DNA from: Centroscyllium fabricii
Lineage: Eukaryota
NCBI GenBank assembly: GCA_051313645.2
Contig: JBNRSN020000006.1
Span: forward strand, 139,562,001-139,626,000
Reading direction: 5' to 3'
Length of the DNA stretch: 64,000 bases
Position 1 is the stretch's first letter. Every line of letters begins with the position of its first letter. A model generated the notes under the pieces. The model did not search any database and had not been told where the DNA came from. It worked only from the letters and a program-made list of their open reading frames with translations. Both the position numbers and the translations under genes were made by a program. This document shows, one piece after another, positions 52,558 through 63,051 of the stretch.

Positions 52558-54189
52558 TGTAGGATTCTCAAAATTCCCACATCTCCCACAGTTATTAGTA
52601 TGAAGACCCTAAAGGGGAAAAGGGCTTTTGGAAAAAGGCCACAAGTTTAAACAGAGGCCATGCAGGCCCATGCCAAGGTCAAAGGGCTTGAAACTTGACA
52701 TACCTGGATATAGGAAACCGCCCTTAAAGCCCAGACAGTGGGTGAAGACACAACACACTCCAAACAATCAGGCTCAGGAGATAGCCTCATCTTGCAGACT
52801 TAGAGACAATTAAAACTGTGCATACATAATCACTCACAGTTTAAGCTGATCACCGAGTCAGGAAAGCAGCGATGAAAGTTTGCATAAACAAACAGCCCAA
52901 ACCTCAGAGACATCATTTAACATCTTGCAGGACAATGCACCCAAGACATTAAGGCCATCAAGTAATGAAACAACTGCCCGAAACCAGTTAAGGTGAATGG
53001 CCATAATCTCCTTAACGGGCCCGCCAAACTTTAGGCAATGAACTAGCCCCGATTTGGCATGCAGATAAGAAACATGAAATGAGTATAACTGTAGGCCCAC
53101 CCGTAACTAAGCATGTAAGCAATTGGAAAGCATCATAAGAGCATCGCAACAGCAAGCAATCGGGAAGCATAAGAAGAGCATCGCAACAGCAAGCAATCAG
53201 GAAGCATCACAAGAGCATCGCAACAGCAAGCATTTGATAGGAGAGCAAGAAGGAGGAAAACCCGAGGGTTAAGCAGAGTATGCAGAGGCAACATGAAGGG
53301 CATTCGGGCAGTCGAAAGCTTAATCCTCAAAGAAGACAACAGAACAATTTGTGGGACATCACGATAAAGAGGGCACGGTGGGGCAGGCCCAACCAAAGAC
53401 AACAAGGGCGCAACTGCAGCCCTACACGAGGACCAACCACGATCACCGCGGTAATAAAGAGCCAGGTAACAACCATACCTTTTAGATCCTTATCAGCGTC
53501 AGGTAACGATTTAGGCCCCTGCGACCAAACTGATGCCAAAGACCACCAACCGCAACCCAACCACGATGAAATCGGTGACCAAAACCACTGGAAGAACAAA
53601 ACCCGAAGTTTCCACTCTACAATATAAAGTACCCGGTAAAAACATTACTCTCCCTACTGCTAGCAGAGAAAAGTGGGTACTCGCCCGACAACATCCATAA
53701 CCGTGCCCAACCGCATCAGCGGACTTCAGCCACACTGAAGGACCTTGCGCAGGTTCTAAGAGTGAGACAACATGGAGACAGCAGGCCCCAAAGGGCACAA
53801 AGAGCGAACCCCAAAATGCAACTGGCTTGCTTGGTGAGCATGAATCCCTGGTCTCTCTAGTGCAATTTAGTTAGGTATTGGGGGTAGGACAAGGGTAGGG
53901 GGATCATTAAATGTTATGTTTCCCTCATTGTGCCGTGTTCCCCATTCCTAAAGAATGTACTTTTGAGTGTTTGTATTTATTCCTGTAATTTTAAATAATT
54001 TCTCTCTTTTATAGTTTTGATTTGTGACTCTAAAATAAAAGCAGTTTTTTTGCACCAAACCTGTTGTCTACTCCAATTTTGTATCGCAAACCTGTACCTA
54101 AGTCCAGAGTCTAGAACCTCAGGGGCATGGGAACGATTCGAACTGCTCAGACAGTCAGAGGCAAAGCTGTCCCACTGGTCACCCCTACA
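52558..54189 (+). repeat. Proviral 5' LTR, 1632 bp
   Basis: Terminal inverted repeat TGTAGG...CCTACA; TATAAA 53623, AATAAA 54034; internal 34-37-bp tandem repeats at 53131-53235. Confidence 0.88.
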
Positions 54190-54193
54190 GAAA

Positions 54194-55395
54194 ATGGCGA
54201 CCGCGGCAGGACTCTGGTGACAGGGGTGCGATACAGTAGACTTTGATTTGGAAGAGCAAACTGTGATGGAAGAGTGGATTTCTGATTATGTCTTCAGTAA
54301 GGTGAATATCACTAAGTAGTGGATCACTAATCTGCTAAAGGCTGAGCATCCGGTAGATGCTGCAGCTAAGTGGACAGAAGGGAAGGAGCACAAGAAATCC
54401 ATAGAGAAAGTAATCTAGCTGATGTGCTTCAAGAAACAGGTCCAGCCTTTGGACAGGATTATTGCAGCACAGGCAGCCCAGATACGGGAGTCAGCCCTGG
54501 AAGCCCAAACAAGGGCTCCAGCAGGGCAGAAGTTACTGGTAGGGTTGCAGGCCCTGAACCAGGAACGGGTGCAGTTACTGGGTGAGCATCAGGCCAGGCA
54601 GGAGTATTTGCAGTGTCAGGTCACCGAGGCCAAAAACAATGAGCTGAGGTTGCGGGGAAAGAATGCCCACTTAGCGAGACAAGTAAGAGAGCAGGAGGAG
54701 AAGGTCAAAGACATACAGGCAGCATATAAGATAGTGAGTGCACAAGGGTTTGAAGATGCAGATCATGGCCCCTAACAGAAACAGATAGAAGATCTAAGCC
54801 TTGCTCTCAGGAAGGCAAAAGGCATGGTGTGCCTCATAAAGCTGAGTGCAGCCCAGGTAGACTTTACTGGGAACCTGGGGCAAACGGTTCAAACACCAGT
54901 GATAGTGCCAAGGGACGACCCGGTTGAGGAGCAGGAGGACTCACGACCTCCATCCGTAGCGCCAAGTTTCAGCGAGGTCTGGCAGAAAGGTCGGTTGGAG
55001 TCAGGGGCAGTAGCAGAGGTGGAAAACCCCCCGCAAGAGAGACTGGGACCGGGGCCGATGCACCTGGCCCAGCAGCAAAGATTTGGGCCACCCGCTGCTA
55101 ACGGAGATACGGGACCCCTCCAAAACCAATTCATAGCTCCCCACGGCACCAAACAGCTTAGGAGTATGGTAAGCCACATATCGAAACTTAACATCAATGG
55201 AGACCCCTCGATCCACTTCAGGGAAGTGGACCAGGCAGCAAGCATCAATGAGTGCGATGATGTCGAAAAGGCCAAAATGCTGCTATTCTCCCTGGAGAGT
55301 AAGCTCTACCAGTCCCTCTCTAACCAGAGTAAGGTGGGGCAGCGCGGGTATGTGGAGCTCAGGGAGGACATTCTTGAGGCCATGGGAATGAAGGA
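54194..55395 (+). pseudogene. gag-like gene (coiled-coil N-half, capsid-like C-half), truncated
   Basis: One frame from ATG 54194 through ORFs 54422 and 54824 with four in-frame stops; heptad-rich segment, then DPSIHFREVDQ...EKAKMLLFSL. Confidence 0.75.
54195..54212 (+). promoter_or_regulatory. Primer-binding site, tRNA-Arg(TCG) type
   Basis: TGGCGACCGCGGCAGGAC is complementary to the vertebrate tRNA-Arg(TCG) 3' end as I recall it (...GTCCTGCCGCGGTCG-CCA); 5 nt after the LTR. Confidence 0.85.
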
Positions 55396-57047
55396 GGGAA
55401 TTCCTTCAACTGGCCCATGAGGGTCCAGGAGCAGGGCATCCCGGGCGTGAGACCACCTGGCAGCGGGTGGAACAGGTGGCCGGGACTTAGGGAAGATGTC
55501 CATGAGTTCTGTGCCGGCTGTCTGGTGTGTGCTGCTAACATTCCTGACCCCCACAACAGGAAAGTACCTATGGGACATATCAGGAGGGTAGAGGGACCAT
55601 GGCAGTCGATCCAGGTCGACTACATCGGGCCCCTACCCACCGCCCAGGGAGGCTATAAGTACTGCCTAGTCCTGGTGGATGTGTTCACCAAGTGGGTAGA
55701 AACAGTCCCTTGCCAAACAGCCACAGCTCTGGGTACAGCCAGGATCATGGTCAGGGAGGTGTTCTCGCGATGGGGGCTACCACAGTATGTGGAGTCCGAC
55801 CAAGGGAGTCATTTTACCAGGCAGCTCATGCAGAATACCCTTAAGGTACTCGGCATTGAGGGGAAGTGGCACGTTGCACACAACCCACAGTCCTCAGGGA
55901 TTGTGGAAAGAATGAACAGGACCTTGAAGGAAAGGCTGAGGAAAGAGACGGTGGACTCACCTAAAAAGTGGGGATCCGAGCCAGCTTGTCAAAAAGCATG
56001 GGGTATTCCCCACACGAGCTACTGACTGGCAGAGTTATGCAGACCCCCACCCATGTACTAGCCCCGGTGCTCACAGAAGGACAGCTCAGGGAGGTAAACT
56101 GGGACCGTTTAGCCAGGAACCTATTTGAGCACCTTAAGCAGTTCCATGGGCAGGCAACTGGGAACATGGGAAGGCAGCATCGGAGTAATCGATTGTTGTT
56201 AGAACCCCGAAAACACCACGAATTGGAGATAGGGGACCAGGTCATGGTCTGGAACTTTGCTCGGGTAGGAAGTCCAGAACCGTTGCACATGGGGCCCTAC
56301 AGCATTGTAGATAAGGCAAGCCCCATGGTATATGCCATAAAGATGCCTCGGCGCATCAAATGGTTCCATATTAACCAATGTAAATTGTTTAAGCCTGAGA
56401 GAAGGGAACAGACAGTTAGGGCAAGGTCTGAGGATCAAAGTCCTCAGGCCGCAGCAGGAACAATCTCACAGACTGCGTAGGCAGGTGCAGTGGCTTGTGC
56501 TAAGGGAGAGGCCACCCCACCCACCAATTGGGACACTCTCCCACTCATCTGGGATTCAGGCGAGGCAGGACCTGGGGGCGTAGACCCTCAGCTTGCAGCA
56601 TTGGGCTGCAGAGAGTTGCCCACTCCTGACACAGGTTTAGGAGAGGTGGGAGGTGAGGACAAGGACCCCCAACCTGCAGCATCAGGCTGCGTAGAATTGC
56701 CTGCCCCTAACCCAGGTTTAGGAGAGGTAAAGACGGAGGATAAAAATCCCCAGCCCACGGTAGTGGTAGCTTCACAGACCGCACAAGAGGGGGCAGTGGC
56801 TCATGTTAAAGACCCACCAGCCCGAAAACCCCCACCAGCCACAATCCCTAGAAGGATCCCACGTAGACCACTGCCAAAGAAACCATGGTCACTGGCTCCC
56901 CCGATTAAAAGGGCAGCCTCCCAAGTCAGGGATCGATCTGAGAACAGAGGTCCTCAGCCAGCAGCCGCAGGCTGCGAGGGACCAAAGGTACAGGACAAGG
57001 CAGTCACACCGAAGGAAGTGGTGTGCTGCAGCCTGACTAGGGATTAG
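55396..57047 (+). pseudogene. Integrase with long repetitive C-terminal extension
   Basis: AHEGPGAGHPG...CAGCLVC (HHCC), WQSIQVDYIGPLP, SDQGSHF, SSGIVERMNRTLK, GPY motif; frameshifts near 55480 and 55970. Confidence 0.92.
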
Positions 57048-59294
57048 GTTGGCCGCCCGGAGATGGACGGCATATGTACATTGCAGTTGTAATTTGATTT
57101 GGGATTATTAAGTTTGGGTGTTTTAGTTTAATATTATACGAGGTGATTGGTAGTTTAATTAGAATTGTTTTAAGTGTTTATATTGAGTCGTGGTCTCAAG
57201 ATTCAACTATGCTTGACCCAAGCCAGAGAATTGTCTCGGGACCTGGCTATATGCTCTTGTGTCTCCTTACAGGAAGGATTCCAAAATGAAGGGGGGCATA
57301 CTGCTACTCGCCCTGATAGGGATGAGCACTGCGAGGTGAGGGGATGTGGAGGACTCCCACATTTTTGGGTGCTCAGGTGAGAGAGCAGCAGTTATGGCTG
57401 CTGGGGGCGGTGAATGAGGCGTGGAGGAACTCACCATCTACTCCCATGAGGGAAGATGGCCAGGGTGGCTGGAATCTAACTCCACCTGGTACTCCAGCTA
57501 GACCAGGTTCACCTACGGGGAGGCCTCCCTCTCCTGCCCCAGCATACAGGTTGTGGCCACACAGATAGGGGTCACTGAGGGGAACTGCGTGTGCCTGACC
57601 TGCAGAGGACAGATTCCCCTGGATAGGTTGTGGTGGCTCAGGAAACTGAGCAAAGACATGGGGGACCGTACAGCTGACTGGGAGCGACTGGGGAATGACA
57701 TCTACTGGACGATCACGGGGACCCAAGGGGGAGTTAGTCTGTGCTGGGATAAGTGGTGGGAGTCGGAACAGGGAATTTATGTCTGAATGTGGGGGTCGCA
57801 GAAGGCCTGCCCCATGGGCATATCCATCATCTTTTCCACAGCATGACAGGACAAAGGGGAGGGGGTGGTATGGAATTCCCACCTGCACACCTGCATAGTC
57901 CCAAACTCACCAGCCCCAGTTAAAGCCACTGATCTCGTAGCACGCGCCCGAAAGCCCCTGCCCATGACCCAGACAGCAAGGACACACAGAGGCAGGTGCC
58001 CTGCCTCCACCAAGGGACCAGGGAATGGGCTGGTACTAGTGCCGACCGAAAAGATGCTATACCAGGGGGTACACGATGTGGTAGCTTCTGTGATCCTAAA
58101 CCTGACAGAGGTACACTTACCTGGGTGGTGCCCCAAGGAGACAGAGCAGCTATATTAGGCCCTGTTAAAAGAAATGTCCAGGAAATTCTGCGAGTTCGAT
58201 TTTGCTAACGTAGACCAAATAGAACTGTAAACTACACAAACTGAGGATTTTAGCAAGGCGGGGAGACAAAGAAGGGGAATCTGGAATGATGCTTTCACAG
58301 CATTTAATACAGGATCCTCTGTCATAAACAGTTTGGATGACATAGAATTGCAGACACAAATAAACGGTTTAAAGACACAGTTATGTAAGATATTAATGGA
58401 TGAGAACACAGTGGTAAACTCAGAGCTACACGAGGACCAAGCTGTGACAGTCCATTTATAAGAAATTATTACTGTGCTGGAAAGACATGCCAAAATGGTA
58501 AATGCACTGATATGGGAAGACAGAAATGCTTCGGACCAGGCTGCACAGAATGATGTGTGCATACTGTATGGGGCATGGTTGCTAGTCAAGGGCCGTAGCA
58601 ACCTGGAGGATTTAAAACAGGGTTTAGTCCCCTCCTGGATCAGTAACAAGCTCTTTGCAGCCCTCCATCCGTTCAGTAATTTGCTGAGCCCGTGTCAGCT
58701 CTGTCTAGCCTCTGAAGCTTACCCTGTGCCAGTGGATTGCGGACATTCCAATCACATGATAATGGGAGTAGTAGTAAAGATGCCGGTCATGGGTGGGACA
58801 GCCCGGCCTGCACCGGTATACAGGGTAGAGAACATTGGAGTCATTAAAGGGGGTGCACACGTTCGTTTTGCAGCGGTCCCACATTTTGTCATAAAGTGGG
58901 AGCACACTATGACAGGTATAGACCTCCCCGGTTGCCGGAGCCAGGTTTCACACATAATACTGTGTCCCCAGCACTTGAACTCCTGTTCAAAACCACAGTG
59001 CGGTTTTAAGGCTGCTGGTACAAAACCTACACTGTACCATGGAGGTAATGGCACAAGGCCATGTTCCACCACAGGTAGCATATATAGGAGGTGGGACATA
59101 TTGTGTCACCACAAGTGCGCCGCACTACCAGCTTGGACAGCATAGCTGGTGTCCGGTAAGTGACAGCAGTTTCTGCTTTAAACCCGAGGCAGAAGTTCAA
59201 GTGGCCCAGGAATAGATTGTCCCCATCCCTGACCCCTCCACTATTCATTCACCTCAGTGTAAAAGAGAATTTCACCAATCTGCAAACGTATGTA

Positions 59295-59945
59295 CAGGTT
59301 GAGCACTGGTAATCCGTTAACCGGAAAGCCGGCAGCTTCAGTTCTCCGGCATAAATTGCCCCGACTGCCCTGCGCATGCGCAAAATGGCCACCACGATTG
59401 ATGCTTTGGCGAAAGATCTGCGCATGCGTCGCCGAGTGGCGAGCGCATGCGCAGATCATTCGCAATGGTCTCCGCGGGCCGGGCCAGGGATCTCTCAGCC
59501 GATCGCGGGCCGGGCCTCCCCGAGCCGATCTCGAGCCAGGGGTCTCCGAGCCGATCGCGGGCCGGGCCTCCCTGAGTCTCTCCGAGCCAATCACGGGCCA
59601 GGCCTCCCCGAGTGTCTACGAGCCGATCACGGGCCGGGCCTCCCCGAGTCTCTCCGAGCCGATCACGGGCCGGGGGTCTCCGAGCCGATCGCGGGCCGGG
59701 CCTCCCTGAGTCTCTCCGAGCCGATCGCGGGCCGGGCCTTCCCGAGTCTCTCCGAGCCGACCATGGGCCGGGCCTCCCCAAATGATAAGCGCATGCGCAG
59801 ACCATTCAAAACAGCCGCAGGCCTTTCGTGGCGGCCATTTTCAATGGTCTGCGCATGCGCTCGCCGAAGCTTCAATCGTTGGGGATTTTCACTTTCCCGG
59901 CACGGGCTTGGTCCCGCCCGTGCTGGATTAACGGTGCTCATCCTG
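59295..59945. mobile_element. Tc1/mariner-pogo (Tigger-like) MITE with internal 36-bp tandem array
   Basis: TIRs CAGGTTGAGCAC / GTGCTCATCCTG, TA TSD on both sides, repeats of CCGAGCCGATCGCGGGCCGGGCCTCCC. Confidence 0.88.
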
Positions 59946-60179
59946 TAGCACATTTCGGACATGCAATTTCCCTCCACCCGACCATCTGACCAATTATTAA
60001 AAGCAGTCATCGTAGCTCAAAAACATTTCAACATGTTAGAGCAAAAGACAGTCGTGATAGGGGCCCAGATTTTTGATATTGTAGTTCCACCCTGGTGGGT
60101 CATTGTTGAAAAAATAGAGGTCCCTTCATGGATTAGGATGGCTTCCCACATCCTTGTGGTTTGCCAGCTGGGAATAGTA

Positions 60180-60782
60180 GAGGTATCAGAAACCCCAAAA
60201 ACCGAAAAGCTCTGAAAACCGAAAGTTTTTTCTGGAGTACCGAACATAACCTGACGCGTTATTATTGTGTTGCAGTTGCAGCAGATTTTGCCCGATTGAT
60301 GCCAGTGTTTTTTGGCAGTACTCTACCCTGCGCCTTGGGTTGCGGCTCCTCAGCTATCTCACTCTGATGTAACCGCGAAAAGCCGGTGTGTGCGGGTGGG
60401 CGCGCTCAGCCCGCAGCCGCCGCCAGATCGAAGCCTAATTGGCGGGGCCTGGATCCGGGGAGTGCTTGGCCCTGGCAGCACACGGTGGGGAGGTGGTCGG
60501 CTGACCGATCGATTGGAGCCAAGAGGACAGGCTGCACACAACAGGCAAGTCACCGGCTTACAGTGAGCGGACCTCCCGCCTACCTGTTGCTTACAGGGCG
60601 GCGGCGATGGAGGAGGAGGCGGGCGAAAGCCAAGGGCCCGGTGTGCTGAGGGGATTGAAGGGAGGGCTGTGTTAGGCTGTTTTAATTTCACTGAAATTTC
60701 ATCACAATTCCGAAATCCGAAAAATTCTGAAATCCGAAAAACATCTGGCCCCAAGGGTTTCGGATAAGAGGCTGTATACCTG
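60180..60782. mobile_element. Second TA-targeting non-autonomous DNA transposon (Tc1/mariner-pogo type)
   Basis: TA flanks at 60178-60179 and 60783-60784; right end TTTCGGATAAGAGGCTGTATACCTG, degenerate left end; removal restores the env frame. Confidence 0.75.
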
Positions 60783-61046
60783 TACTGTATCTGTTGTGCA
60801 CTCAGTGCAAGGGAAAAGGTGAAACCTTAGAATTCCGAAACAAAAGGACTTGGAAGAAGCATTACGTTGGTGGAGAAAGATTCACCTATTCGAGTTCTTT
60901 ATCTTTGTTTTTCTGAATAAAGGTTGGTTTTTTTGTGTGTTTAATTTTTCTATAATGAAGGTGTTGGTCTGTATTGGGAATAAAGATGTATTACCAAGTA
61001 GTGTGGGTGTGTTGGAACCCCTCCATGCTTGGATGTGTGTATATAA

Positions 61047-62843
61047 GAACATAAGAACATAAGAACATAAGAAATAGGAGCAGGAGTAGGCCAATCGGCC
61101 CCTCGAGCCTGCTCCGCCATTCAATAAGATCATGGCTGATCTGATCCCAACCTCAATTTTATATTAACTCTCCACCCCACCCAAACACATGTGATCACCC
61201 GGGAGAGGCGAAAAACCAGATAAAAAACCCAGTAGCCAATTTGGGAGAAAAAATCTGGGAAATTCCTCTCCGACCCATCTAGGCGATCGAAAACTGGTCC
61301 AGGAGATCACATGTCCGATCTGAACCTATCCTCACGTCCACTTGCCTGCCCGCTCACCATAACCCCTAATTCCCTTTTCTTCCAGGAAACTGTCTATCTC
61401 TGTTTTAAAATTATTCAAAGTAGTAGCCTCCACAGCTCTCTGGGGCAGCAAATTCCACAGCCCCACCACCCTCTGGCTGAAGAAATTCCTCCTCATCTCC
61501 GTCCTAAATGAGTCACCCCTTATCCTTAGACTATGATCCCTGGTTCTGGACTCTCCTACCATCGGGAACATTCTTCCTGCATCAAGTCTGTCCAGACCAT
61601 TTAGAATTTTATACGTTTCGATGAGATCCCCTCTCAATCTTCTAAACTCCAGAGAGTACAAACCCAGTCTACCCAGTCTCTCCCCATACGTCAATCCTGC
61701 CATCCCAGGTATCAGCCTGGTGAATCTCCTCTGCACTCCCTCCATTGCTAGAACGTCCTTCCTTAGATAAGGACACCAAAACTGCACACAGTACTCAAGG
61801 CTTGGTCTCACCAAGGCCCTGTACAACTGCAGCAAGACCTCCCTATTCCTGTACTCAAAACCTCTCGCTATGAAGGCCAACATACCATTTGCCTTCTTAA
61901 CCGCCTGCTGCACCTGCATGCTCACCCTTAGCGACCGGTGCACCAGGACACCCAGGTCTCGTTGTACTTCCCTTTCTCCTAATCTATTGCCATTCAGATA
62001 ATAGTCGGCATTTCTATTTTTTCCCCCAAAGTGGATAACCTCACATTTATCCACATTATACTTCATCTGCCATGTATCAGCCCACTCGCCCAACCTGTCC
62101 AAATCATCCTGGAGCATCCTGCTATCCTTCTCGCAGCACACACGCCCTCCCAGCTTTGTGTCATCTGCAAACTTGTAGACATTACATTTAGTTCCCTTTT
62201 CTAAATCATTAATGTACATTGTGAATAGCTGGGGTCCCAGGACTGAGCCCTGTGGTACCCCACTAGTCACTGCCCGCCACCCAGAAAAAGACCCATTTAC
62301 TCCCACTCTCTGCTTTCTGTCTGCCAACCAATTTTCAATCCAAGTCAATACCTTGCCCCCAATCCCATGTGCCTTAACTTTAAATGCTAGTCTCTTCTGC
62401 GGGACCTTGTCGAATGCCTTCTGAAAGTCCAAGTATATCACATCTACTGGTTCTCCCTGATCAATTTTCCCAGTTAAATCCTCAAAAAATTCCAGCAGAT
62501 TAGTCAAGCATGATTTACCTTTTGTAAATCCATGTTGACTTTGTCCAATCCTGCCGCTACTTTTCAAGTGCTCAGTGATTTCATCCTTTATTATGGACTC
62601 CAGCATCTTTCCCACTACCGATGTCAGGCTTACTGGTCTGTAATTTCCTGCTTTCTCCCTACCACCCTTCTTGAATAGTGGGGTAACATTTGCCACCCTC
62701 CAATCCATGGGTACAGTTCCAGATTCCATCGATTGCTGGAAGATAATCAGCAATGCATCTACTATTTCCAGGGCTACCTCCCTAAGTACCCTAGAATGCA
62801 GACCATCAGGCCCCGGGGATTTATCGGCCCTCAATCCCTTCAA
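61047..62843 (-). mobile_element. Young 5'-truncated CR1 LINE with open RT domain
   Basis: Uninterrupted ORF (KSPGPDG, NYRPVSLTS, YLDFQKAFD, GVPQGSVLGP, FADD), TTCTTATG tail, TSD TATATAA (61040-61046, 62844-62850). Confidence 0.95.
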
Positions 62844-63016
62844 TATATAACTGTATTGCACCTATGTTTTGCTTATGTACACTACATTTTAAAGAATGGG
62901 GAATGTATGTGCCATAGGATTTTTGGATAGGTAATTACAGGAGAAGATTGACTATGGGGGTCAGGAATTTTGCTCACCTTTCACAAATATGATACTTGAA
63001 GTAAGTTTCAGTATCA

Positions 63017-63051
63017 ATGGGGGAGTGTAGGATTCTCAAAATTCCCACATC
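63017..63051 (+). repeat. Proviral PPT and first 26 bp of the 3' LTR
   Basis: GGGGGAG followed by an exact match to 52558-52583. Confidence 0.88.

Larger units (their letters stand above)
57286..60916 (+). pseudogene. env-like class I fusion glycoprotein, interrupted by two DNA transposons
   Basis: Splice acceptor at 57272, signal peptide MKGGILLLALIGMSTA, furin site RQRR (58264-58275), heptad region, Cys-rich domain, and TM segment ILVVCQLGIV|LYLLC restored by removing 60180-60784. Confidence 0.85.
52558..63051 (+). mobile_element. Defective endogenous retrovirus-like provirus (lokiretrovirus-like), LTR-gag-[deleted PR/RT/RH]-IN-env-LTR
   Basis: TGTAGGATTCTCAAAATTCCCACATC occurs at 52558 and at 63026 after a PPT; PBS, gag, integrase and env frames lie between. 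The 3' LTR is broken by a LINE and continues beyond the window. Confidence 0.9.

Noticed and set aside
53133-53798. Short ORFs inside the proviral LTR as accessory genes
   Set aside because: No motif or coding signal, and the 3' LTR is not available for comparison.
59241-60010. Several overlapping 115-190-aa ORFs and a CRISPR-like look of the 36-bp repeats
   Set aside because: Products of a GC-rich tandem array within a MITE; no unique spacers, no cas genes, eukaryotic context.
61332-62861. 509-aa ORF as a functional gene
   Set aside because: 5'-truncated CR1 ORF2 without endonuclease; its start lies in flanking sequence beyond the TSD.
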